From: Camelus dromedarius
Taxonomy: Eukaryota
DNA length: 64,000 nt
NCBI RefSeq assembly: GCF_036321535.1
Contig: NC_087437.1
Span: 3,472,001-3,536,000, forward strand
Reading direction: 5' to 3'
Shown here: piece by piece, positions 26,816 through 39,599 of the stretch
Layout of the letters: each line of letters opens with the position of its first letter
How positions within the stretch are numbered: the stretch's first letter is position 1
Notes under the pieces: generated by a model
Database searches by the model: none
What the model saw: the letters and a program-made list of their open reading frames with translations, nothing else
Told to the model about the DNA's origin: nothing
Program-made: the position numbers and the translations under genes

Positions 26816-29309
26816 TTAGAAAGTTTCAGTTAAGAATTTCTTGACCTGAGAAATATTAAGGGAGTTGAAAGTGCTTGGCGGAGGCTGGGTTGTCTCTTTC
26901 TTTGGAGAAAGCTTTTTGAAGTTGGGGCAAACACTTTGAAGGGGAGGCTCCCACCTTCACACTGTGAGCGGGCAGGGAGGGACGGGCTGCGGGGAGGTCA
27001 AGTCTGGTTATAGATTCAGGGTGAATGTATGTGTCCTTGAAGGAGGCTTATAACCGTCAGAATCTGTGAAACCTACCAGCGGCGACACAAGCCACGGTAA
27101 GTTTCCCTCCTCCTTCCTTGCTGCAGCCAGGTGCCGTTGGTACCTGAACCCCGATGGGAGTGAGAAGAGGAAACGTCCTGCCTCCCCACGGCAGCACCAT
27201 CCTGCAGCCTAGGGAAGTGTCAGAGTCTTGTCCCCTTTTTGGGGAACTGTCCCAGTGACACTCTGGGCATAATTCTACGACGGCCGGATGGCATCACGGT
27301 GTAACCACGTGCTTCAGTGTGCTGACCCGGGGCCACACTTTGAGCTGAAGGGAGGAACCACGTCTTCCTCCTCGTGAGGATGTGTTGAGCGCCTTTAAGG
27401 CAGCTTGGCACACAGTCGGCATCAATAACCGTTTTACGTCAAATTTTAAAATTTGTTGAACAAATGACTTTTAAAATCCAATCACATGAACAAAAATTGA
27501 AGACATTACGTTACAAATCTTTGTGGATTATGAAAACCAACTTGGCAATAAATATCAAGGGTCACATCCTATGAACCAGCAATTGTAATAAAAGCTCACA
27601 CCCTGTGAACCTGTAATTACAAGACATCATCTCAGAAAAGAGACTGAAATTTGAAAACCACATGAGGTAAAGAAATGTTTACATCAACATTACACATGAG
27701 TTGGAAAAATGAAAACAACTTAAATACTCAAGAGTAAACTATGATATTTTAGAGAAATTAATGATACTTTGGGGAATATTCAGTAACATTGGGAAATGCT
27801 CAAGGTGGGGGAGAAAAACCATAACACTAATGATCTGCCTATAAAACAAAAATCTTAGCATTACATCACAAAAATGTCCCAAGTTTTTCAAAACTCTGCC
27901 AAAGTAGTGTAATGGCTGTAGACTGTTGTATTGGCTATACATCAGGGAAGTTATTCACTGTGTTTTATAAATATACACATGTACACACGCCCGAAACCCC
28001 ACACAGCTGGGGTAACATGGGCACCGGCCTTCCTCAGTTCACAACACAAGCTAGAGAGCCCCCCACACTAGCACACGCAGAGCCCCCTCCGGGCTTTTCC
28101 CTGCCGTGACTCGGTTCCTCTGCCGAGATACGGGGGTTGATTTTTCAGGACAACTTTTATTGACACTTCCAGCTATTTATAGCTTTTGGCTATTAAACAA
28201 TCCCGCAATAGATACCTTGACCTACATTTTGTGCATTGATGCAGGTATGTCTGTGGGATAAATACTGAAATTGCTGGATAAAAGAGACTGTTCATTTTTA
28301 AAGGTTGAATAGACATTGGCAAATTGCCCTCCAAATTGTTAGACCAGTTCACACTGTCCTGAGCACTGCATGAAGGTACGGCTTTGTGTTAGAGTGGAAA
28401 CAGTGGAGGGGGTGTGTTTGCGTGTATCTGGAACAGAGCTCATGACCCCCAGCAACACCATGGCATGATGTGAACCAGGCCCCCCTCCCTCCCCTCTGTC
28501 TTCCTTCCCACCTTCCTGACTTTTTCCTTTCTTCTTCTTTCCTTCCTCCATGCTTCCTCCCTTCTGCCATTCCGTTCTGCCTCATTATTTTATCTAATGG
28601 GAGGAGAGATGGGGCAAATGAGAGTGAAGGCCAGTGAAGAATTCATGTCGTGCTCAGAGAATTAGAAGAAGGCAGGAAATGGGCTTCCCTGGGAGCAGAG
28701 AGCTCCCTTGGGCAGGATGACGCCCAAACCAGACCCACACAGAGGGGACGGGCATGGTTGCCACCCATGGACCACACGCAAACCTGCGGGTCCTTGCTCT
28801 CATGGACACTGTGAGGGGATGGATGTGGTCACCAACCTTATTGTGGTCATCACTTCTCAAGATATACAAGCATCAAGTCACCACGCTGGGCGTGTTAAAG
28901 ATTAAGTGGGGCATGTTCACAAATGTAAGCATTTACTGAGCAAAAATGGATTTGACTTGATGAGAAGTGGTGAGGGGCCTCCAGTGATGGGGGCTCAGGG
29001 ACAGACTGTACCAGGGAGGTGGCGGCAAAAAGGGGGGCAGGATTGCGATCCATGGTCCTTAGGCTTCAATTTCATGATCTTAGGGTGCTTACAGGAGGCT
29101 ATTTTTGGTTTGCTTATGTAGGTGGTAACAGCATTGGAGCCACATCAGACTAACAACCTGCTATTTAGTGAACTTCCACATGTGTTAACTGTACACAGTG
29201 TTATCTGTCAAATATGTCTCAAGAAAGCCAGAACTAAAGCCAGGAGCAGGACGTTGTAGGGAAGGCCCAGAAATCCGCAGTGGGGACAGTCGGACACAGA
29301 GGAGGACAG

Positions 29310-29490
29310 TTTGGATGTGTGTCTCTAATGTTCATGGGCACAGGATTCATTGGGTACTCCTCGTTGAAGAGGCAGATTCTGCTTCCGCAGGTCCAGGGCG
29401 GGCCTGAGAGCCTGCACTCCTGGTGGGCTTCTGGGTGAGGCGGTGCTGCTGACCTGGGGCCACACTTTGATGAGTGGGACTTTGTTGACA
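29310..29490 (-). mobile_element. MER5A-like MITE
   Basis: gcagattctgcttccgcaggtc...gctgctgacctggggccacactttga. Confidence 0.55.
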
Positions 29491-30596
29491 AAGCCGCCAG
29501 CCAGAAACAACAGGCAGGAGCATGAGCAATCTGTGTGGAGGACGGTGAGCACCACTGTTCAGAGCTGGGAGCGCCCCCTGCAAATGCCACAAGGTGATAC
29601 AGTAATGGCTGGCTCAGTCTGTCCCGACTGCTTAATCCACCAGATGGGGCCTGGCCCACGCCAGCACGAGGACAAACAAATGCGGCATTAAACCCGTACT
29701 GACTCTCTCCAGCCTTACAGGAACCCTTAACTTCAAGTCAGATCACAGTTTGTTTGCTTCACGTCCAAAAGTCAGTAATAACTTCTGTCGCACAGAGTCC
29801 TTCTGTTTCCTTGATTCTCGTGATACCTGGGGTTGCTGATACTGTCCTAGGTTTAAGGGACAATGACCTGCCTTTGGTTCAGTCCCGAGGGCTCCCACAG
29901 CCCCCCAGCTGGAGGGAAGGAGGCCCTGCCCCCTCGTTCTCTTTATGGTTCAAGAAGAACAAAGTGGAAATCTTGCCCAAAGGCTCAGCATTAAAGTGTG
30001 TAGCTTCAGCCTGGATTTACAGCATCACAACTTTCTTCGGGATTAAACCAGCTGAAAGCTCCTCCGCAAGCTCCCCTGTTCCCCCAAGATGTTTCCTTAA
30101 GTGTTACATTCTGGCCAAGCTTAGATTGTTAATGTGTGTTTCAGGAACCAGCACGCTTTTATATTTGATTCTTCCGGCGTGTTAACGTCTTTGCCAGTGG
30201 TCCTTGCAAATCAGGAAAAGTTCAAATGCTAACTGCAAACATTCACCAGCTGCACTTGATAGGAATATTTCCTGCCTCTCTGGTCCAAGCCAGACAGTGC
30301 CTGATGCTGGCAGAGCTAGACATTCCCTCTCTCAGCTCCTGCCTAAGGAAGGGTACGGTCCCTGACGGTGCCCTGACACGCGCGCGCGCACACACATAAA
30401 CGCAACCCATTTCGAGCAAGAGCCTGGGCTTGGAGCCTTAGGAAAGCTACTTAATGCTTCTCCCTTTCAAAACATAACCGAGAGGACAAGACAGACCAGC
30501 ACAGTCTTAAGAACTTCGTCTCCCGAGGTCCCCCCTGCATTTATACCCAGAAAGGTGTTTGCATTTAAACACGGGTTCCACGTGAGTGAAGGCTGG

Positions 30597-31117
30597 GGTG
30601 ACAGAAAAGAACAAATCTGACTCCGTAACAGATCTGTTTCTTTGGCCCTAACCCTGTGCCCTGTTTTCCAGGCTTTGCCTCACTAGCTCTGCACCTTTTG
30701 TGAAACAACGTTGCCTGTAGCCTGCAATCTACAGGAGAGCCTGTTCTCTGGGCTCTGACCTTTAACGATATTACCACTTTTGCACTTACATAAAGATAAC
30801 AAGCTGCAGAAAAGAGAATAACATTTGTTTTGTTGGAGGTTTTACAGGGGCACCATGACCTGACCCACGTGGACGGCTGCAAGAACAAAGATTCCTACAC
30901 CAGGAAGTTTGCAACAACCAACCACACCCCCTCCCCGTTTTAGTATAAAAGGAGCCTGAATTGTGTCTTAAGTAAGATGGTTCTCCAAGACGTGAGTCTG
31001 CCATCTTCTCGGTCTGCATACTTTCAGAATAAAGTCACTATTCCCTGCCCCCACACCTCATCTCCCGATTTATTGGCCTGTTGTGCGGCGAGCAGAATGA
31101 GTTTGGACTTGGTAACA
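30597..31117 (+). mobile_element. Solo LTR, class I (ERV1-like)
   Basis: ~520 bp ending in ...GGTAACA, with TATAAAA at 30944 and AATAAA at 31028. The 4-bp TSD is CTGG (30593-30596 and 31118-31121). The 5' TG appears mutated to GG. Confidence 0.8.
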
Positions 31118-32235
31118 CTGGTTCCTCTAAAGCCCCGGGACATGCAGTGTCAACTTTCGGACCGATAGATACAAATTAAGGATTAACAAGAAAAATGTCT
31201 TAATTTGCTTATATTCACTTTAAATTTTGCTCTAATTAGGGATCATTAAAGCATGTGATGATTAGCAATTCGGTTGTTTTTATGCTTGATTCATGCTTTC
31301 ATTTGCATTAAGAAGTTCTATTTGTGGAGAAAAATCAAAGAGGCCTGATGTTTCTTTCCTTTTTTTGAGAAATTAGGCTGTTGGCCCAGTGTGTTTATAT
31401 TAGCTGCACAGCGGCCGTCGACCTGGTGTATGAGAGAAAACCAACCGCTCCTGCAGAGTTATGTTTACACGCACGCTCACAGAAAGCCACACAGAGCTTT
31501 ATGCCTCCGTATGGAAAAATTCAGGGAAATGGGAACGTGTGAGCTTAGAGTCAGGCCTATCCTGGGCCCACTGAACAGATGCCAAGGCTCTTTTCCACCA
31601 AGGATGCTGAAGGAACCGCTCAAGTACCTGGAGAAGCAAGAAGCACATCACTGCATCTGCTCCGAGGACGCCGTTGATGTGGGTGGCCTGGCAAGCTGGG
31701 CTGGTTATTAAGCCATTGCCTCAGCCCCAAACCCTCTCTTCCGTACTTGGCCTTGGGAGCCTGGCCCCACTGCAGCTTCGGCCCCTGACGGCTCGGCCAA
31801 CGGGGAGGTGGGAGGGAGGCAGGTGAGCTGGAGGACTGACCCCGGGCCCCGCAGCAGCAGGTGAACCATGTCTGGTTTCTCCTCCACCTCCAACCTCACT
31901 GCGACCCCTCACAGACCCCAGCATGGGGGGCTGGCATCTTCTTTTTCTGAAACCTTGACACCACCCCACGGAGCTCCCCACGAGCTCAGAGCCACCAGCA
32001 CGAGCCCAGCAGTGTCTCCTCCCTGGAGGCCCGAGTCTCGGCTCTCCAGGCCCCTCGTCCCCGCAGCTGAGTTTTCAGTCCCAGCCTCTTCGTCCGTTAG
32101 TCCCGACCTCAGAGGGAGAAGCTGTTTCCTGCACTTGCTACTGCGTGATATTCCAGTGTCCCCCTCTGACTTTTTAGTCCCTACAACCTGGGTAACAAGT
32201 CAGAATTAAATTCCCTCCATGAAATAGTTGGTGTG

Positions 32236-32693
32236 CCCTCTTTCAGCCTTCTTGGAAACTGTGGAGGCCTGCTGGGAACAGGACTTCTAAAACGACAAAT
32301 ACGTCTGGAAGGCTGTGGTCCAAGGCCACTTTTGCTGGCTATAAGTGGGGTCTCCAGAGCCAGAGGGACCACGCAGCTCTTCTTAAAATTGAAGGTGTTT
32401 ATGCTTGAGATGAAACTGAATTCTCCCTAGGCAAGAGATGTGCTTATGTGTACAAAGCAAAGAACAACACAGTAACTCCTGGAGGAAAACCGAACAAAAC
32501 CAGAGTAATCTGGGGAAAGGTAACTTGTGCTCACGGAAGCAGTGGCGTGGTTTGTGCCAACTTCTGAAGCAACCTTCCCGCTAAGGCCACTGGACGCAGA
32601 ATCCGTGTGATGCTGTACCCCTTAAGGATTTAAACTAACTGAAAAGTAAATAAATAAAAAGTGTGGATTTGTCCTCTTGTTAAAAAAAAAAAA
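32236..32693 (+). pseudogene. RPL35A: RPL35A processed pseudogene, full length
   Basis: 32301-32633 is 111 codons colinear with RPL35A ([13 protein letters not shown]...[32 protein letters not shown]...IRVMLYP.RI*). The start is mutated to ACG and there are in-frame TGA stops at 32406 and 32565. It is intronless, with a 5' pyrimidine tract, AATAAA, a poly(A) tail, and TSD AGTTGGTGTG at 32226-32235 and 32694-32703. Confidence 0.95.
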
Positions 32694-34446
32694 AGTTGGT
32701 GTGGCTTCTTTCTCCTAACGGGGCCCTGACTGGTACAAAATCCAGTGGGGTTCCTTTCCAGGATGAGCTCTGAGCACAGAAGATGTTCTGATAAGGCCTG
32801 TTGTGTAATTTGATGTTAACTCGGTGATAGGTCGGACGACATGGTCCTTACTGGAAACCAGAGGCGAGCACTGGACAGTCTCTTGATGGGTGTTTCATGG
32901 GCGCCCACCTCCAGCTTCCGCTACCCACCCTCCAACAAAGACGATTACAGGGTGGGGGTGGTGTGTACAGGATCTACAGCCGAACTCCTTAACACAACAC
33001 ACACACACCGCACTTGTCCTCCACAGAGAAACTGGAGGAAAGCCATGAGAGATTTCTGGAGCTGAATCTGGACCCACAACCAGAACCCGGGCGTGGGGAG
33101 GTGAAGTTAATCCTGTCATTACCAGAATTAACGCCAGCAGGGCTGGGTGGGCAGCTGACACTTACTTCCCTGTACAGTGGACTAAAACATAAAGGCGCCT
33201 TGACTGGAAATACTTTTAAATAAGTGGGGGAAAAAATCCAGTTCATTTATTTTTAGGAAAAGTACAACGTTGAAGGGCTGCTTGGTTCAGACGTCAACCC
33301 AGAGGGCAAAACCCTTAGCTGAACTTCACACGAAGACGCCCCTGTTGTCCTGGGAGACAAGCGAGCATGTGCTGCACCCGTCCCGGCTGGGCAGGCTACT
33401 GGGGCCCTTCGCTGGTGCTGGTTTAAACAGCAGGACTGCACACGTGGAAACGCAGGGAATGGAAGACGTCCGATGGGCTGTTTGTGACTCAGTGAGGACT
33501 GTAGAAACTTCCCGTGTCTTGCCTCTTGTCTACTGCGCTTGCCTCTAATTTTTCGTCTTCCTATTTAAGCCACTGTGAAAGGGACACTCGGGAGCCCCTT
33601 AGGGCTTCTGAGACTGTGGGCTGAATCACCCGCCCCCACTCTGGGGACGAAGGGACCAACTGGAGCTCGCGGTGCTTGTGAAAGACGTAGACGCTGCAGT
33701 TACGGAGCTGAGCGGCTGAACGTTCATTTTACAAACATCCAGTGTCTCCTTAAGAAACAGCCGCAGCCAAGAGCAGATTCGTCAGAGGAAGGGTCCCTGC
33801 CGCTGCGCTCAGCCCGACCCCGCGGCACCGCAGGCCGCCGGACCAGCGCTCAGGACGCTTGGACGCGGGGGCTGCTCTGCCCACAGGCCGAGGCCTAGAG
33901 GATTCTCCCTGCGCGCACGGAAGGAGCTCTCACAGCTGCACCGCCCGACCCAGGCGAGGAAGCGGCTCCACCATCTCTCACAGTTTGGACGCTGTGCGTT
34001 CTCAGTCAGCCAGTTCCGGTCACGTCTAGCACAGGAACAGCAGCTGGACAGCCCTCAGTGTGGCAAGCAGTGCGGCTAAGGTGGGGGGTTGGGGAGGCGG
34101 CGGCTGGAGGCTGGGGTAAGAAAAGCCTGTGATTGCCCCCCCCGCCCCCATCCCAGGCACCACGTGCATCACTTCACCTATGTTATCTAACTATCGCCAC
34201 TCTGGGAAACAAGCATTGTTATCCACTTTATACAGATGATCAGATTAAATCTGTAGATAAATAAATAAGTAAATAAGATTTAAAGAGGTAAAGCAATTGC
34301 TCAAGATCTTAGAGCTGTTTAGTGGCAAAAAGTCAGAGTTTGTACCTGGGTGTCCTTTTCAGGGCAATCACACATCCTCATCCAACTCCCTCAGGGCCCC
34401 TCCCCATTTTGGCTTTCAGTGCCTTCTCTTGGGTGATTAAAATTTT

Positions 34447-34977
34447 ATGGGCAACATAGGCACATGAAAAGATGTTCAACTTTGCTAATTATCAGAGAAA
34501 TGCAAACCGAAACTACAATGAGGTATCACCTCACACCAGTCAGAATGGCTGTCATTAAAAACTCTACAAAAGATAAATGCTGGAGAGGGTGTGGAGAAAA
34601 GGGAACCCTCCTACACTGCTGGTGGGAATGTAAATTGGTGCAGCTGTTATGGAAAACAGTATGGAGATCATATGGTATTTTTCTTTCTCTTTCTAGGTTA
34701 CTTCACTTGGAATGACGATCTCCAGGTCCATCCATGTTGCTGCAAATGGCATTATTTGATTTTTTTTTATGGCCGAGTAGTATTCCATTGTATAAATATA
34801 CCACAACTTCTTTATCCAGTCATCTGTCGATGGACATTTAGGTTGTTTCCATGTCTTAGGTATTGTAAATAGTGCTGCTGTGAACATTGGGGTGCATGTA
34901 TCTTTTCAAATTAGAGTTCCCTCTGGATATATGCCCAGGAGTGGGATTGCTGGATCACATGGTAAGTCTACTTTTAG
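34447..34977. mobile_element. Rearranged L1 ORF2 C-terminal fragment (sense plus inverted part, no tail)
   Basis: 34447-34666 is + sense ([29 protein letters not shown]...[22 protein letters not shown]). 34667-34977 is antisense ([27 protein letters not shown]). Confidence 0.85.
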
Positions 34978-37310
34978 AAAAACAATACAATCTTTAGTAG
35001 GCAATAGCTAAACTGCTCATAAGTGAGGCCCCCCGCACTGAGTCCTGAGAAGTCACCTCTGGGCCCTGCTGTCCCTTATAAACATCTTGCCTCAAGCCTC
35101 CCATGAAAACCTTCTGCAGCCCCACATGTTATCCAGAGAAGACAAACTTACAGTTCTTCCCAAACTTCCCGTAAGCCCATTTTCCTTAAGTCTAATCACA
35201 ATTTATATAGGGGATTATTCAGATTAGTGAGCAATCTTTTAGAAACTGGAGGATGCCATAAGGAAGAAACCCATTTGTTTAATGCCCAAGTAATCATTCA
35301 TTCATCCATTCACTCATCCTTTAGTTACTTACTGAGAACTTAATCTTTGTACGGAGAACTCAGCAGTGAGCCAGCCAAAGAATCCTTTCTAAATCATCTC
35401 AGTACCTTTTCCCTGTGGACAAAATGCAATAAGGAAATCATACCATCATAGCTGCCTTCACACTCACATTTCTGAACCTGAGGGGAGTTTTCTCTGTGAT
35501 GTGCTTTAGTCTGTCTGGCAGAGATGCACCCCCTCAGTTAATTTACTCACCACCCGTCCCTCCACTGAGGCAGATAACACTGTCACACACACACATGCAA
35601 ATTACAGAGCATTTGTCTTATATGCAAATAAGCTAGTCTGTGAAGACCCCTGGCATGATTGGGGGCTAACAATACCTCACTGTCTGGGAGTTGTGTTTCA
35701 TGACAATACTTTCCTGGGCTATTGTAGCAGGGGGAGGGGACGTTGTTTGATGGTGTCTCAGCCGATGTCATGGTGTTCACGCTTCTGATTGTGGAAGACC
35801 AATTTCAGCCTGGATCTCAACCAGGAAATGACTCTTTTTATGACTTTCTAAAGTAATCCAAGTAACAGCTTCAGAGACAACTTGTGTTGCTTTGGTTTTT
35901 CCCAAAGACTGATTAGGAAAGAATGTACACCAGTGAATTGTAATGTTTTCCCCACTACCATGACAGGCAAAATATTCACACAGAGACCAAGAGTCCTGAT
36001 ATTACAGTGAACTAAATGCCAAGCAAATAGCAGCAAGCATTCGGAGGAATTAAGTAGCACTTAGCATTTTATAAGTGCATTGGACGCTGCATGAGTTACA
36101 AAAACCAACCAATAGTGACTGCACTTAAATTGAATCTCGAGAATCCTTAGGTGCAAATATAAATAAGTTTTATAAGTTATAAAGGGCCCTGAAATAAAGA
36201 ATAGATCACCTCTGTCCAGAATAGAGTGGGGCATGCAGAAGACCACCAGCAGGTATGTTCTGTATAAAGAGGAGAAAATCTAGACTGACCTGGACATACT
36301 GCAGTCACACTGCAAAAAGGTAACACCAAGTCTTGGGGAAGGAGGTGGAGATGGACCGTGCTCAGTCCATCTTGTCTGCTGCACCCTTTCATTTAGCCAT
36401 CAGTTAGCCATCAGAATTCTACATTCATAAATTGTTCACATGCAAAAGGGTAAGGCTGATCACATTCAGCAGATATGTGAGAAGTTTTTAGGCAGTTCTG
36501 AGTTAAGAAACCCCTCCATGATTTAAAATATCAAGATTTTCCGGGCTACACTGGATCAGAGGCCACCTCCTGAACACAGGCAGCCGCCCCAGCAGAACCC
36601 TCACTGGAGGCTGGTGAGGCTCCACGTCCAGTTGCTAGTGGATGTTTTCTGCATCCTGCTTTTCTTAGGACATCTATTATAGTGCTGGTACTTTAACACC
36701 CCTTGATTAGGAGTTGGCCAGAAAAACAGAAAGTCAGAACATAATTAATGCCTGGCAGTAGGGAAACATACCCATCAAATCAGCCAAGGGCAACCCTGTC
36801 ATTTATTCCTCAGAGAATTCAAATCAAAATCTGCCTTCAGTTTCGCTCTTATCCCTTCTTCAAGGGTCACATATTTTTAATAAAAATAAGGGAGAGGCAA
36901 ACATTTAATTCTAATTAAAATCAACAGACTGTAAATTCTCTAGGTACTCCCAGTCTTCCTTCTGAGTTCAGTTAGACCCTGGAAGACCACGTGGTGGAGT
37001 CCATTACAGGACAGATTTTCATCACCAAGGAAGCCACCATGATGAGCTTCACATCTGCATCTCCTGCAGAAGTATTGTTGAGGATGTGACTTCGCTCCAT
37101 GTGTTCTCTATAAACTATATAAAAGACAGAAGCTCTGTCTTCCCTGAGCAACCAGTAACACAGTCACATTCTCGATAATGAGAACTAGGGACTGCATCAT
37201 GTTTCTCTTTTTGACTTGGCTTCCTGGAAGCTCAGAGCCATACTGTACACTCAACACAGCAGCTGTGGTCACAGCTTGATGACCTGACTTTCTCCCTGAA
37301 CTTCATTTTC

Positions 37311-38536
37311 ATTTTTTTATTAATTGAAGTATAGTCAGTTTACAATGTTGTGTCAACTTCTGGTGCACAGCACAATGCTTCAGTCATTCATGAATATACA
37401 TATATTCATTTTCATATTCTTTTCACCGTAAGCTACTTTAAGATATCAAATATAGTTCCCTGTGCTATACAGTATAAACTCGTTTATCTATTTTATATAT
37501 ACCAGTCAGTATCTGCAAATCTCAAACTCTCAATTTATCCCTTCCCACCCCCTTCCCCTCTGATAACCATAAGTTTGTTTTCCATGTCTGTGAGTCTGTT
37601 TCTGTTTTGCAGATAAGTTCATTAGTGTCTTCTTTTTCCTTTTTTTTAGATTCCACATATGAGTGATATCATATGGTATTTTTCTTTCTCTTTCTGGCTT
37701 ATTTCACTTAGAATGACAATCTCCAGGGACATCCATGTTGCTGCTAATGGCATTATTTGATTCTTTTTTATGGCTGAGCAGTATTCCATTGTATAAATAT
37801 ACCACTTCTACTTTATCCAGTCATCTGTTGATGGTTGTTTCAATGTCTTGGCTATTGTAAATAGTGCTTCTATGAACACTGGGGTGCAGGTGTCTTTTTG
37901 AATTAAGGTTTCCTCTGGATATATGCCCAAAAGTGGGATTGTTGGGTCCTATGGTAAGTCTGTTTTTACTTTTTTGAGGAATCTCCATGCTGTTTTCCAC
38001 AATGGCTGCACCAAACTACCTTCCCACTAACAGTGTAGGAGGGTTCCCTTTTCTCCACAGCCTCTCCAGCATTTGTCATTTGTGGACTTTTGAATGATGG
38101 CCATTCTGACTGGTGTGAGGTGATACCTCATTGTAGTTTCGATTTGCATTTCTCTGATAATTAGTGATATTGAGCATTTTTTCATGTGCCTATGTGCCTA
38201 TTGGCTATTCATTGAAGAATTGCTTGTTCAGTTCTTCTGCCCATTTTTGGATTGGGTTGTTTGCTTTGTTCTTATATAAGTCGTATGAGCTGCTTATATA
38301 TTCTGGAGATCAAGCCTTTGTCAGTCTCATCGTTTGCAAATATATTCTCCCATTCCATAGGTTGTCATTTTGTTTTTCTTATGGCTTCCTTTGCTGTGCA
38401 AAAGCTTGTAAGTTTCATTAGGCCCTATTTGTTTATTTTTGCTTTTATTTCTATTGCCTGGGTAGACTGCCCTAGGAGAGCATTGCTGAGATGTATGTGA
38501 GATAATGTTTTGCCTATGTTTTCTTCTAGGAGATTT
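37311..38536 (-). mobile_element. 5'-truncated L1 (~1.2 kb)
   Basis: Antisense ORF2 end and 3'UTR with a T-tract at the left end. TSD tga(a/t)cttcattttc at 37297-37310 and 38540-38553. Confidence 0.9.
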
Positions 38537-39599
38537 CCGTGATCTTCATTTTCTATACATATTATTTTATTAGCCTTATTGTGCACTGCATTTGATGTGA
38601 AAATGGATTAAATACACTTCTCTCAGGTGTTAGAGGCAAGCTCTGATCCACAAAGCATGCTCTTCATACATGTCAACTGGTTTTTTGATTTTCATGTCCT
38701 TTTGACAAAGAGTTAGAAAATAAATACATTTTTCAGCACAGTAGAATTTCAGTCTTCCGAAGGCAAAGACTATGTCTTCTGTTTCTCTCTTCACTCCACC
38801 ATCCTCTGCAAACAGCAGGGGCTCAAGAAATGGTACTGAAGGCAATGAGGACTAACACTGCTTATTGAGGCTTGGGGCCATATTTCTTGGCATTTGGTGT
38901 AAACTGGGACTGGAACGTGATTCCAAAGTAGGTGGAGCAGTGTTGGAAGGTAATTGGAGAAGATCTTATGTCTCCAGTGAGCAGATTTCTCATCTTGGGG
39001 AGTCGAGCAGATGTGTAGAAATCCGGGTGCCTGACCACAAGCTGTCCAGAGGCTCCCACATCAAGTGCCTGGTGGGGTTCCAGGGAGTGTGGCAGCGTCG
39101 CCTCAGCAGGGACAACGCTGGGCCCAGAGCCTAGTGGACACTCGTCCAGGAACAATGGCCTGAACAAGAGACACAGGAGGCAGAGCCCTTGGCCGGTGCA
39201 GCCGCCTGCGCCTGTCAGCTGCGTGCTCCCTCCTGCCCTGCTTCTCTCCAGGCTCAGCCAGTTCTCGGCTTTTATCCATGATGAACATTATCATTTCCTG
39301 GGACAGGAACACCGTGGGTTAGAAGAAATACACTGGAAAACAATCCTTTCTTCTGTCCTCTTGTGAGAGGATGCAGGAGCAGAGGGAGTTCCTTTGCCCG
39401 TCTCATTTCCACCTGGATGCTGGTGAGACAGGACCACATGTGCTCAGCTTCCTGCTGGTGCTGCTGTCAAGGCTGGGCCTGTGACCGAGCACTAGAGCAG
39501 GGCTCTGCAGCCCTGGCACGGCCCGCACGGCGCAGCACAGGGGCCAAGAGGACCCATTCCTGCCTCGGGCATGATCAGTCTGTGGAGAGACCTAGATGA

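Noticed and set aside
29568..29586. CTCF-like motifs (also ~13225, ~45392, ~48642)
   Set aside because: Only partial consensus matches, which cannot be supported without PWM scoring or ChIP data.
37039..37148. Possible C/D box snoRNA (ATGATGA...CTGA) or Kozak GCCACCATG
   Set aside because: No terminal stem, antisense to the host gene, and no substantial ORF follows.
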